This document shows positions 12,040 to 24,544 of a stretch of 48,528 nucleotides of DNA, in pieces. The stretch is from Atractiella rhizophila (lineage: Eukaryota). The notes beneath the pieces are model-generated. The model saw nothing but the letters and a program-made list of their open reading frames with translations, was not told the origin of the DNA and did not search any database. Each line of letters opens with the position of its first letter. Positions within the stretch are counted from its first letter, which is position 1. The translations under genes were made by a program, and so were the position numbers. The DNA is taken from NCBI GenBank assembly GCA_021432655.1, contig MU271376.1, forward strand, positions 1-48,528, in the 5' to 3' direction.

Positions 12040-12675
12040 CAGAACTACATTCCATCATCCATATTCCCAATTGCCGACAAGCCACATCGGTGCTTGTTGA
12101 CAGTGGGGCAACCATTTCCTTCATTTCCCCAAAACTCGTTTCTGCATACAACCTACCCATCACTCAACTTCCTTCCCCAGTAGCCAATTACAATATCGAT
12201 GGATCTCTCAATCAGGGGGGTTCCATCCATTCTGTTGCTTATTTACCCATTTTGATCGCTGCTCATCACAAAGTTTGGCAATTCGCAGTGGCGGAGTTGG
12301 GGACGGTTGACATGATCCTAGGTCATGATGGGCTGAGACACCACAACCCAGAGATTAACTGGGCTTTAGGAAAAGTAGAGTTCTCTCACTGCCCCACCCT
12401 TACAATGCGGTTGATGTGTCTACCCCATGCGAACAACTTCCATCGTCGTCTGCCTCAATACAAGCCACCATTACAAAATCGTAGAAACTGGCACAATACG
12501 TGGCGGCGATGAGACGAAAAAGTGGTCGAAATACCGGTGCAAATTGGAATTTTGCAGACATCTTTGATGACGAAAAATTCAAAACGTTACTTCCTCCACG
12601 ATGACTGTGGGACCATGCCATTAACCTTAAAACAGATGCTTGTTCTCTCAACAATGTTAAAGCCTGCAAAGGTGA
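12040..12675 (+). pseudogene. Ty3/gypsy pol relic: aspartic protease and pre-RT region
   Basis: LVDSGATISFI, YNIDGSLN, MILGHDGLRHHNPEINW, then frameshifted FADIFDDE...LLPPR*LWDHAINLK. Protease directly before RT is the gypsy order. Confidence 0.88.
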
Positions 12676-13004
12676 CAGATTGGCAACGGACACACATCCC
12701 ATTGACCAGTTATACTGCACGTTGTGTCTACAAGTGTGTGGCCTGAGCCTATTTAGTGGTGAGCTCCAAAATAAGCTTGGGTAGCTAGTGGGAGGAACAC
12801 CTGAGTGCCTTCCCCTAGACAGAGGAGTGAGTCCTATATCAACCATTACAGCTAAGGCCCCTACTCACTACCATTCCTTATGCCACTGTGACACAATTTA
12901 CACTCGTCACCGCCTGGCATTTTGCCGCTAATACTGAGACCCAAACTGCATACATTTCAGAGTTCAAAATCACCAATCCGGGCAGACTACTCGCTATTAC
13001 TACT

Positions 13005-13463
13005 TGTCAGGTTTGCATCTTACACAAGTCGGCGCCCATTCACCGGATTGCGTCTCCTATCACCCATTTGCGTTGCCCGCAAATTGGCGCCCGTCGCCAC
13101 TCAGCCTCTCCCGTTGCCTGTTTGTACACAGTGCAAATTGGCACTCAGTCGCCTGTTCGCCCATTTGTGCCTATATCACCACTTAGCCCAATTGTATCTA
13201 TTCTCCTCTTATTAACCGCGCATAATCCCACTGTCACTTTCCTATTTTAGTTCTCTTACATGTTTCATCTGCTCTCCTCTACACTCTGTGGCAGTGTTAT
13301 TCCACTTGTATATAGATCGGAGAGTAGTGGAGGTGACCTTAGTGTATTCTCTTAGGTTTACCTCCACTACAGGTTAGCCTTCAGGTCATATCATGCTCTT
13401 AGGTTTATCTTCATTACAGACGCATCGCCCGTCAGCAGACCACACATAGTGTCTGCCCTAACA
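13005..13463 (+). mobile_element. LTR copy (459 bp)
   Basis: TGTCAGGTTTGCATCTTA...GTCTGCCCTAACA is a reverse-complement match to 8899-9393. Confidence 0.9.
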
Positions 13464-13554
13464 GATACATGCTTTACAGTTCATGGCGGTGCCCTTACAC
13501 ATGTATATAAATTGAGATGTAATGGTGATGACCAGGCATTGTACATGCCTAACA
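13464..13554 (+). repeat. 3' fragment of a further LTR copy
   Basis: CAGTTCATGGCGGTGCCCTTACACATGTATATAAATTGAGATGT matches ~10625-10682 and ~2446-2503, and the fragment ends CCTAACA. Confidence 0.75.
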
Positions 13555-13560
13555 GACCAT

Positions 13561-15405
13561 CTATTCCTTGATGAACCCCAGACGCCAGTCAAGATAACCC
13601 CAAAATTTGCTGTCTATATCTGGTGCATATCGGTAGTCATCTCCATCTCCACCCTCACAAACCCAGGAACCTAAGCAAAGGTCGAACTCGCTTCCTTCAC
13701 ACTCTCTTAACATGCTCATCGCCCTGCTCATCTCTCCATCCAGCCATGCTCCAAAAAATAGGAGAACCCTTAAGTGCTTACCTGGGTCCCTAACCCCTCT
13801 GTTCCCAAAGAACCAGCAAATGAAATCTAAGAATATAAACCCTTCAAATTCAAACCAGTACACCATACAGTACCGAACATTTATTGAGGAGATTGCATTT
13901 GCATTTCTGAGGGTATAGAAGAACCTTTGGGGAACAATGTTGGAAGTTTCCTCACCACCATCGAGGTCAAGGGACTTGAGATGTTTGAGGTATGATAAAT
14001 CCAGCGGGGTGGTTAGAATGGATGTCTTCCCATCAGGCGAGTAGGACTTGAGCCAGATTGCAAGTTCTTGTAGGAGTGGTGGCAGACACGAGCCTGAGAT
14101 GGAGGCAGGGAGGGGACACAGATTGGCAAGGTGCAGCCGTGTTAGGGTTGGTGCAAGGGAGAGGGATGGGATAGGCGGATACCGATGAAGACATAGATGT
14201 TTCAGTTCAGAAGGTAATTCAAGGCCTGTTGATGTTGAAGAGCCAGAGTCTTCCACATTGTGAGCACGCAACTTTCTGATCCTGCCTCCTATCCTCCGCA
14301 TAAAATTCTCGATCTCATCATTCTTCCAACTCCTCCAACCTTGATCGCTAAAACCCACATCATCTAACCTTGTCAACCCTTCAATAGCATGTAACACAGT
14401 CTTTGCCTCCTCTTCAGTCCAAAATGCACCTATAAGAACTTCTTCAACATTAGGCGTGCCTGCAATGATGTCTTTTGCCATCTCAACTCGATTCCTATCG
14501 TCAAGCTTCGTACCAGACATAAACGAGAGGGTTCTCCAGAAACGTCCAGCACGGGGATCCAGTTTCAAACGAGCATACAGCTCCTGCACTGGAACATCTT
14601 GACGCCAATAAGGGATCGAAGCAGTCTCCCAGAGCTGACAGACATCAGAGACTCGCTGGAAGCAAAGGTCATATTGATCATCTTCAAGATCTTCAATGTA
14701 TTTTCCAAAAGAAAGGAATATGAAGACGAGAGAGAGTATCTCGGTAGGCAGCTGTGCAATAGTGCATGGATTAATCCCTGGAGTTCGAGTTGGGGACATG
14801 GAGAGTTGGATGATGTAGCCCTCACTGGTGGATGGGATGGCTGATGATTCCCATGCACTGACAGGAACGAAATTCCCACTAGAGAGGAGTGCAACGAGGT
14901 CAAAAATGACCTGAGAGCGATCATCTGGAAGATGGATCATGGATGTGAAGCGCCTCACGTGCACCTTGTCTGAATCCACAAATGTATGATGTTTCCTGTC
15001 CACAAAAGTTACTGTAATACTTTTCTCCTCCAATGTGATGCAAAAGTTCACTACACCATCAGAATCGACTGCACTTTCAAGACATTCAAGTGAGAAGTTT
15101 GACGATTTCGACGGCCCATATTCCCATGACAGAAACTCAACAGGGAAGACAAAGGTGATCCGGAGCATGCGAATCAATGGAGGTAGCCGAGCAACGAAAG
15201 AGGGAAGAATGGAGAGATGCATCGGAGTGTGTTCATCAAGGTGATTTATTGTGTACCAGGGAGCGATGAGATGAGCCAGTGCGGTTGACTCTGTTCCCTG
15301 ACCATCCTTGCATGGAATTGACGTTTCCATTTCAATCAAACCTAACGCTCGTTCTATTTGGCTTTGAGGTTGAACCCTAACATTCATGCAATTTAAAATT
15401 GGCAA
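13561..15405 (-). CDS. F-box / leucine-rich (RNI-like) protein with long N-terminal extension; probable extra upstream exon(s) at ~15430-15898
   Basis: 614-codon ORF. IAQLPTEILSLVFIFL...VSDVCQLW F-box-like motif near 14760, followed by LKHLCL, LTRLHL, LQELAI and LKSLDL repeats. Confidence 0.75.
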   Translation of the reverse strand: MPILNCMNVRVQPQSQIERALGLIEMETSIPCKDGQGTESTALAHLIAPWYTINHLDEHTPMHLSILPSFVARLPPLIRMLRITFVFPVEFLSWEYGPSKSSNFSLECLESAVDSDGVVNFCITLEEKSITVTFVDRKHHTFVDSDKVHVRRFTSMIHLPDDRSQVIFDLVALLSSGNFVPVSAWESSAIPSTSEGYIIQLSMSPTRTPGINPCTIAQLPTEILSLVFIFLSFGKYIEDLEDDQYDLCFQRVSDVCQLWETASIPYWRQDVPVQELYARLKLDPRAGRFWRTLSFMSGTKLDDRNRVEMAKDIIAGTPNVEEVLIGAFWTEEEAKTVLHAIEGLTRLDDVGFSDQGWRSWKNDEIENFMRRIGGRIRKLRAHNVEDSGSSTSTGLELPSELKHLCLHRYPPIPSLSLAPTLTRLHLANLCPLPASISGSCLPPLLQELAIWLKSYSPDGKTSILTTPLDLSYLKHLKSLDLDGGEETSNIVPQRFFYTLRNANAISSINVRYCMVYWFEFEGFIFLDFICWFFGNRGVRDPGKHLRVLLFFGAWLDGEMSRAMSMLRECEGSEFDLCLGSWVCEGGDGDDYRYAPDIDSKFWGYLDWRLGFIKE

Positions 15406-17838
15406 ATGTTAATCAGCAAGAATACACACTTATTATTTTCCATGCCAGCCAGCGAATGGTTCCTGTTGGATAACAACTGACTTGAATAGGGTGGAAGAGT
15501 GTAAGGGTGTTGGAGGATCTTGTTGCCTCCCGTTCCCAACAACGCATCATGTTGCGGAGACTCGTGTCCGAGGGGGGTAACGATGAATGTATCGTCATCA
15601 GAAACTGGATGGGGTCCACTGCTATGAAAGATAGCGCCAAAAAGGTTTTGACCACCGTGTCCGACAGCAGGAGCATGACCTAGACCTTCTGCACAACGTG
15701 ATCCTCCTTTCTGCACTTCGAGTTGTCGTGTAAGGTCCTCGATGCGTGCTTCATATCTGCTCTCTTTGTCAGCCTCACTCTTCACATACATATGGGGACT
15801 TTCTTGCTGACCATCCGCTGATGCTCATTCTTTATATCCACCAAAGCTTGTCGAATGGCATAGAGCTCTTGAATCTGCTTGAAGGCTGTTATAGGCATCG
15901 TTAGCAAACAGAACAAATGCAATTTATTCTTGTGACAAAGGTGTCATCTTTGTTCTTCGATCAATCGATTGTCAAAGACGAAAGAATCAAGGTTACGTAT
16001 TTGCTACTGCTTGCGATATCTGACAATCATCACATCCCTTCGATGTGAGGAGGAAACAAAGGGGTTGTGATCCTCGACTCGAAAATTACGAGGTCAAACA
16101 GTTCTGTGAGTCTTTCGGGATATCCCACAAATTATTCGGGCACGGGATGACTGTTCCATGTCCGCAGTCCCACATCATTTCCTCATTCGCTCACCGTTCT
16201 CATTCAACTCCTCTCTCTCATGTCTCATGGCCAATAATTCACTCTCCAAAACCTCCGAGTCAAAAGCCACCATATCTATGACTGCGTTCAGAGGTGTCGG
16301 TTTTCCGGACAGTCGTGAGGTGTACATCATGAGAAGGAAGGGCAGTCGTTTTAATCGCTTTGGATAAGGGATAATTCCTTCAAAGCAATCAATTATAAAG
16401 GTTGCGGGTGGTCGGAGGGCTGCTCCCATGATGTGATTGATCACATGGGGAAGGTTTGCGTCTGCTTGCTTGAAAAGGTTACGACTGGTTGAACAGTTTT
16501 TAACCGAACATCGCCGAATTGCAAGTGGCGAAGAAGAAGTGGATTTGAGAGGTGGAAACCACTTGCGCAAATCTAGGGCTTTTATGGCAAAGAAAGTATT
16601 ATGGAATCTCGTAGCATAGTCAGAACTTCTAACGCAATATTTTCTTTTGATTACCCGATTCTCCTCGCTCCTAGCCCAAGTCGCGGTAACCTTATTCGTA
16701 ACGTAAGTACACAACTAGATATCGCATTGCAACATTTGGCGGGGGACGACATCGTCGCTTCCTGTTGTGGAGAGGCAAGATAGATAGAGATCTTGCCTGT
16801 AGGAGACAGAGACTCCATAGATTCCCACATTGAAGCGGAACGCGGATATTTTCTTTCTGCTAACATACTACAACATACCAAAGTCACAATTCCAATTTCC
16901 CAAGGAAGACAAGAGGGTGCGACTGGAATGAGGAAGTCCAGTCCATATTAAGAGTGAATTTGTCATGGCGTACTGTCTCCGGGATATGACAGCTGACAAG
17001 GGAAGAAAGAGGGGATGAGTCCCTCATTCTTCTTGCAGTCTTTTGTCCTCGTTTGACGATGTAGGATTAACCCTAAAGGAAAGGAAGGGCAACAAGACTC
17101 CAACTTCCAAAAAGAATCATTGTCCAGGCATATCTCAATGCATCCATTCTGACTGCTACTCTGGCGAAGCATACCGAGAACGTTGGCCAATGCTGATGCG
17201 CTCTCGGACAATGTGTAGTAAACTTTTAATGCCCTGGGTCCAAACATGATGAAGCTATATGCAACGAGATCAAATTAAGTAGAGCTATCATGGGGGGGAC
17301 TTTTCAAAGCAAAGCAAAGGTTTTAAGGAAAGCGGTATCATACAAAAAGTTTGCAAACAGAGACAAATTGCAAAAACAAATGCGCGATGAATAGGAATAG
17401 CAATAAAGTGTTCAGTCAGTAGTGTCAATTTCAAACCGGACAAACCAAGTCATGGGAGGTAACTGTTGCTGCAGTATCACGTAACAAACAGCAGTCTTTT
17501 GGAAAGTTGATTGTGGTGGCAGAAGAACGGAAGGAAGGAGACTGGTGAGCGGGCTAGGTGCTATAGCCCATATGAATATAATACAGGACTATGAGTTGGA
17601 GGTTGTGAAGATGATGGATGGACTGGTACAGAATGAAATTAATAAACAAGGAGTGCTCTCAACCAAACCGATCCTTGGTGCTGCTCAGTTCTGATGCTGA
17701 CGGCATTGATCGATCTATTGTGCCTTTTGAACAGGGTAACCTGCGCAGGCATTTTGGGTCATCTCGTTCCTCTCGTTAGCGCTTGTAACATCCTGGGCAA
17801 CACGACAGCATAACCTTAGTCTGTTTCTCCCTGCTTCT

Positions 17839-19349
17839 TCAATGAGGAGCGACGTACTCGGTATCATCTGGTCCTCTCATCTCCACACTCATCCTCCTCA
17901 CTCTCTGGTAACTCCCCAACCCGCTCGTTCCACTCATCCCGGTAATACTAGGGAGCCTCGGCCTCCCCATCCCCATCCCAGTCGAGGGCCTTTGTATCCC
18001 GATGCCCAAGCCTCCCATTTCCCGATCAACGTCCATCATATCGTCCAGTTGATAGTGAGAGTGATTGTATTCGCTGCTCGTTCTCGACGAGGGAGAGGGG
18101 TTGGAGGAGCGTCCCTGGGAAGAGCCGGAGGAGGAGTTGGAGGAAGCGGACCGGAGGGGTTGGGATTGGTAAGGTTGCGGAGAGGGTGCCCTCATGCCGA
18201 ACATTCCTCTGGCTTGCTGCTGAGGCTGCTGCTGCTGCAGCTGAGGTCCGGGACTTGGTGCTCTTCTACCGAAGAGGCCTCCTGATGATTGAGGAGGAGC
18301 CGGTGGTCGTGTGGTTTGAGGCGGGGGAGTCGAGGCTCTCATTCCACCGAAGAGTCCGCGAGAGGGTTGAGTTTGGGGTTGTGTAGGAGGACGTGTCTGT
18401 ATGGGAGGAAGCCGAGTGTTTGCGGTGTTCGTCGAAGCAGAGGGTAGACCGCTCCTTGCGAATAAGGTCGGACGAGGTTGCTGTTGGGCTTGGGATTGGG
18501 AGTAAGAAGGGAAGGGAGCAGGTTGAGCTTGCGTTGGAGGACCAAACCGCTTGGTTGTAGGTTGAGGTGGGGGCTTGGCTGCACGTACAGACCCTGGGTT
18601 CGGCGGACTCTTACTGATACTGGTGGAACTCCCGCCGAACAGTCCGCCTGTCCCGCTTCGGTTCCTCGACGAGTTGTTGGCGTACATTTTAAATGGCACG
18701 GTGACCGATCTAAGGATTAGATCATTACTAACTCGTGGAAGTGTACGATACTCCCGATTGTAATATGCGACGAGGTGCCAGCGCTCGACTGTCGAGTTCG
18801 ATACCTGTCTGTTGATACAGATGGAGGCTCTGGTAAGAGGAAGCGCGCCGATTGGGTAGCCGCCTTCAGTATAAGTGAGAAAGACGCCGGACATTCTGGA
18901 CTGCTTGTACTGATGTTGTTGATCGATTAAGGAATAATGACAACCAGTTAGTTCTTAATATACCTGTCGATTGATACAGATGGAGGCTCTGGTGAGAGGA
19001 AGCACGCCCGTTGGATAGTCGCGTTCGGTATAAGTGAGAAAGACGCCGGACATCCTGGACTGCCCGCACTGATGTTATCGATCGATCAAGGAATAATAAC
19101 AACTGGTTAGTTCATTTTCTCTGACGCAGTTCGAGAAGGAATTTGCACCTTCAGGTGATCAGTCCATCGCATCATCCCGCTTTTACCTTCCTCAAACACA
19201 AAGACGGCGCCATGCTGGATTAGCTCTTCCCTCTCCTGCTCGTCTAACTTAGGCATGTCAACGAGCTTCCCAACAACACACGCGTGTACGATCTTCTCCA
19301 CGTCGGTGATGTCAGCTACGTATCCATGCCATGTAGCGTGCAACGACAT
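17839..19349 (-). CDS. Gti1/Pac2 (WOPR) family transcription factor, copy A
   Basis: TWHGYV...DVEKIVHAC...ELIQHGAVFVFEEGKSGMMRWTD...SRMSGVFLTY...WHLVAYY and a P/Q/S-rich tail. Exons 19349-19149, 19068-18964 and 18909-17839 all join in phase 0. Confidence 0.88.
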
Positions 19350-22300
19350 ATTACTTCGAGAGGTTGGGAGCGTTAGTACTTCCTGAGAGGTAGGTGATTC
19401 GTGTTAATAGTTATAGGTCCATCATCGAGGGCATCAAGCGACATGCTCTTTTTATTGTTGGACGGGATAAACGAGATTGGAGAGGGTCGAAGCCAATTGA
19501 GAAGAGATTTGCCACAATGCAAGATGAAGATGAAGACGCACAGCTAGAGCCGCTTTCCCCCTGACGTTCAGGGTAATGCATGATCTTGTCACACTCCTGT
19601 TAATTGAGTTTTGGCGTCGTTGATCCCTTATTTGAGCCAACGATTCGTATTTCGTCAATTGCAGGAGATTTTTGGTTATCCTGTTCCTGTTACACTTCAA
19701 CTTTCAACCTTCCTGCAATATGGTAGACCTGCGGTTAAATTACAGACGAATTGCTTCGGATGGTGCTGATTAGTAACAAACGAAGTTTACGTCCCAAAAA
19801 TCTCACCCGACGTTTCCATGCAAGATCCTGTTTACATTCCCGAACTTTGATAAACGCAGGGCCTACCGGAAGTGTCCTGGCGTAACGTTTTCATTATGCC
19901 AAATTTACTTAGCTGGTAAAGAGATGAAACAGTTCGGCCTTCCAGTTTCGGCAATCTGATCTTTATGTGCTTGTTTCACCCCTTGGTCGCTTCCGCCTTC
20001 GACTTTCCAGTTCCAGACATGGGCAACAGACAATGTCTCTTCACGGCCGCAGAAGGTTTTCTGAAGGTTTTGTTTCGGAGCGTCGTGCACATGATCCATC
20101 TGTGCGCAACAGGCGCCGTTTGTGTCCGTTTAGGACGCCTCCTTGACAGGGTTGAAGCTTTCAAGCTTGTTACAGTTCGGCGCATTTGGATCTGGCCTTG
20201 TATGTCAGCCTTGGAGAGTGGATAATTGGGGCTAACCCTTGCTAACGCTAGCCTTTCAACAAGCCATTGCTCCGCGTCGCTATTCTTAGACCGAGAGAGG
20301 AATGAAAGTCAGCGCGATGTCTGACTATAATGGGATCGGGATCCACGTTCAGGCCAATGACGCGTGAAATCCACGCCAGAGCTGCCAATGAAACAACATG
20401 GCGGACAATTTAGATAATGATTGCAATGCAGAAGCGTGACTGTGTCACTGGGAGGGTGAGCAAGTGCTAGTAGCACTACAACGCTACGAGTTGAGAGAAC
20501 AAGCTGGGAGGAACAAGGTCCAAGTCAGGTGAAGAATGTAATGTGAGCAATTCGACAGCTCGCTCGTGTGCCCAACCTGTTTGAGAAGCGGCGCAGACCT
20601 AAGCATTCAACTTGAAATGTCCGGAGGTGGCACCACCTCTTCGCTCTTCCTTTCACCCTTCCCAAACAAGATGACGAACGATAATTCGTGCACACGCGAA
20701 AGAGAGCCGGACGGTGTGACCTGATGGGCAAACAGGTGAATCGGCGCCGTAGGCTGTGTGAGTTCAATCCTGAGCAGGCTCTGGAGCAATCTCAAGGAAG
20801 GATGGTACTCACCTGCTGCGAGAAGATTGCTTGAACTGTGGAGTACCGGCTTCGGATCGAGGTTTTCTTGCGCCGACGAGAATGGTGCATCATGCAATTC
20901 TTGCGGTGGCTGCTTCCAGGCTAATGCAAACAGTTCCACTGGAATCAGAATGCGAACTTGCAATTTGGAAGCGAAGACGCGAAAATGTAAAATGTCGTTG
21001 CTTTCCTTCCTCTTGGGTGGAACTCTTCCAGAAGGACCTCACTACAGGCTCCTGCGCCACCTATCTCAGCCTCCTTGAAGTCCTCAGAACTCTGTCAAAG
21101 TATATTCAGGAAAGAAATAGATGGGGATTATGAGAACTCTTCAAATTAAAAATGAGGTTATCATTGCAACTGCAGAGACTCCTGAATACCGTAAAGTAGA
21201 TTCACGTCCTCCAAACGTTGGGACCATGCAGATCCACTTCGATTTCACTTTCACGAGTGGGAGAGAGAACGAACAAGCAAACAAGAATGGAACGAGAGCA
21301 GCGATATTCTAGGGAGGCCTGGGCTGGTAACAAAGTACGGTTATTTTGGTGTATTAGTGAGCTCCCCCTGAAACATTCCAAGCAACTACATATTCGAAGA
21401 AACTAATGTATTTCAGCAGCCCAGTCCCGCTTTTCATCCTACCTTTTTTATGCAGAATCAGTGCAGAACGCCCAGTTTCATTTTCGAGATTTCAACTTTA
21501 ATTTTTCGCCCTCGAAGGCTTGGCAGATGCCCTTGCACCTCCAAATTCGATCTCTGCCCCTTGTTGATGCAGTTCAAGACATGCTGAAGTGCTGGAACGC
21601 CACAAGAAACTACGCCCGAAGTATTTCTGTCGTGACAACCGAGCAGGAAGGTCCTGCTGCTGTTTCCATTCAACCGGCCCAAAGTTTTGCCGTTGGCTTC
21701 TTCGGTGTCCCTGAGTTCCCTGAGTTCTTGGAGCAGGTTGCTCTCCTTCGATTCGACCTGAATTGTGTGCCTGATTTCCAACTCCTTACGCTTGATTTCG
21801 CTATCCGGTGTCGACTCCGATCGAACGTCTATTAACAAGTTTGAAACTGAATTACTTGCAGAGAGGCATGTTACGAGGGTACAGGGACGGAGGTGGTGGT
21901 GGTTCTACTTGAAACAGGAAACAGAAAGGAGAAAACGGCACAACGGTAGGAAGGCCGGTTCAAACTCTAATTCAAACCAGAAGTTTAGAGTTTGTACAAT
22001 CTTCTGCCGCACCGATCTTGTATTTACTTTTAATTTGCCCACTCCTTTGACGAAATGGATCAAAATATGCTGATCAGGTTGCTGTTCGATGAGGACGGAA
22101 TTTGAGAAATACAGTTAGGGCACTCTCCTCTACTCGGAGCCATGCTGGTGAGGAAATTCACTTCCTCATCTCGCATTGTTGTCGATTGTTTCCTCACTTG
22201 CTGTCCACCTTTTGTTGTCTCGTTCATCCATCAATAAATATGAAGAGCCTTTCGCTTGGACGCCGAGGATAAAACAACATAATCCATATCTATTTCTTTT

Positions 22301-23144
22301 AGGCTTTCGGGTCTAGGCAAGCATGAGTCATCCATAGTGCGCATAGCGCCATAGGAGACGCATATGAAACGATCTATGGGGGTCCTATGATAGGCCAGGG
22401 AACTTGCTGATATAGTCCATCGCATTCAGGATCAAGCGAACCTTCAAAGTTTTCCTTTCCTCTCTTTCATGATGCATTTTCCACCAATGGAGTAACTTTG
22501 GCAACAGTCAAACTAGAATTTTCCTTATTCCAACACGCGTCATAGTCGAAGCTCTCATTCCAAACACCTCCTTCTCTCTCAATACTGCGAAGTTTCTCAC
22601 TCCAATGGCTGCACACAGGCCGAAAGATCAAGATGGCTGGGCCTATGGTCTGTCGCCATCACTTTCTCCTTCCTCGCTTCTCAACCGATAATTATCACAG
22701 AGCCCTTGGTCCTAACGAGAAGTTGACTGACCGCGTCCCGCTTTTCTCGATCATGTTCAGGACAATCTTGATTTGGACCAGTTATGCGGTTGAACGTTGT
22801 TTGGGAGGGGATCTACAGATGATAAAGGTCCGATTGACGGAAGAGTCGGATCTCTTTCAAGGTTGTCTGGCATTTGTTCCTCACGTCTGGAAACACAGCG
22901 CGTTGAAATTACACACTCTAATTAAGTTGAGAAGACGCCCGAATAAAGGGAGTGTCAAACAAAGATAAGAGCGTCAATCTTGCATTGATGCTGATGAGTA
23001 TTCGAGCATTTTTTTTTGCTCCTTCCATCTCCTCACATAAAGATGTCACCCAGCACCATCCCCTCATACACGCACAAAACCTGGCCTGGCAACATAAACA
23101 AACCACAAACTAACCAACACAGGCTCCCAACCTCTCGAAGTAAT

Positions 23145-24544
23145 ATGTCGTTGCACACTACATGGCATGGATACGTAGCAGACATCACCGACGTGGAAAA
23201 GATCGTTCACGCTTGTGTTGAAGGGTTACTCGTTGACATGCCTAGAAGGTTAGACGAGCAGGAGAGGGAAGAGCTAATCCAGCATGGCGCCGTCTTTGTG
23301 TTTGAGGAAGGCAAAAGCGGGATGATGCGATGGGTAGATCATTTGAAGGTGCATATTCCTTCTCGAACTGTATCAGAGAAAATAAAGAACTAACTGGTTG
23401 TCATTATTCCTTGATCGATCAACAACATCAGTGCGGGCAGTCCAGAATGTCCGGCGTCTTTCTCACTTATACTGAACGCGGCTTCCCAATCGGCGCGCTT
23501 CCTCTCACCAGAGCCTCCATCTGTATCAACAGACAGGTATCGAACTCGACAGTCGAGCGCTGGCACCTCGTCGCATATTACAATCGGGAGTATCGTACAC
23601 TTCCACGAGTTAGCAATGATCCAATCCTTAAATCCGTCACCATGCCATTTAAAATGTACGCCAACAACTCGTCAAGGAACCGAAGCGGGACAGGCGAATT
23701 GTTTGGCGGGAGTAGTAAGAGCCCCCCAGAGTCTGTACGTGCAGCCACGCCCGCACCCCAACCCTACACCAAGCTGTTCCCTGGTCATCCAACGACGCAA
23801 GCTCAACCTGCTCCCCTCCCTTCTTACGCGCAATCCCAAACCCAACAGCAACCTCGTCCGAACTTATTCGGGAGAAGCGGTCTACCCTCAGCCTCGAACA
23901 CCGCAAACGCTCGACGTCCTCCCTTGCAGACTAACCCTCCTGCACAACCCCAAACTCAACCCTCTCGCCCACTCTTAGGTGGAATGAGAGCCTCGACTCC
24001 GCCGCCTCAAGCCGCACGACCACCGGCTCCGCCTCCATCATCAGGAGGTCTCTTCGGTAGAAGAGCACCAAGTCCCGGACCTCAAACGCAGCAGCAGCCT
24101 CAGCAAGCCAGAGGAATGTTCGGCATGAGAGCCCCCTCTCCGCAACCAACGCAATCCCAACCCCTCCGGTCCGCTTCCCCCGTCTCCTCCTCCCGCTCTT
24201 CCTGGGGACGCTCCTCCAATCCCTCTCCATCGTCGAGGACGAGCAGCGAATACAATCACTCTCACTACCAACCGGACGATATGATGGATATTGATCGGGA
24301 AATGGGAGGCTTGGACATCGGGATACAAAGGCCATCGACTGGGATGGGGATGGGGAGGCCGAGGCTCCCTAGTGTCACCGGGATGAGTGGAATGAGCGGG
24401 TTGGGGAGCTACCAGAGAGCGAGGAGGATGAGTGTGAATATGAGAGGACCAGATGATACCGAGTATGTCACTCCTCATTGCAGAAGCAGGGAGAAACAGA
24501 CTAAGTTTATGCTGTCGTGTTGCCCAGGATGTTACAAGCGCTAA
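23145..24544 (+). CDS. Gti1/Pac2 (WOPR) family transcription factor, copy B
   Basis: Same motifs as copy A. Exons 23145-23348 and 23432-24544 flank a GTGCAT..CTAAC..CAG intron of 83 nt. Confidence 0.9.

Noticed and set aside
8891..13004. Inversion between inverted LTRs, suggested by AGTAGTAA (8891-8898) vs TTACTACT (12997-13004)
   Set aside because: The 5-bp flanks mismatch and the opposite flanks (TCACT vs GATAC) do not correspond. Low-complexity coincidence is plausible.
16175..17247. Chain of minus-strand ORFs (179, 78 and 94 aa)
   Set aside because: Interrupted by stops and frame changes with no recognisable family. Possibly a relic but unsupported.
17842..18285. Antisense ORFs conserved in both arms (also 24041-24478), and 40519-41136
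   Set aside because: Shadow frames of the real genes. Their conservation follows from the duplication.
17839..24544. Mating-type HD1/HD2 divergent gene pair
   Set aside because: No homeodomain WFxNxR motif. Both genes are paralogs of one WOPR family.
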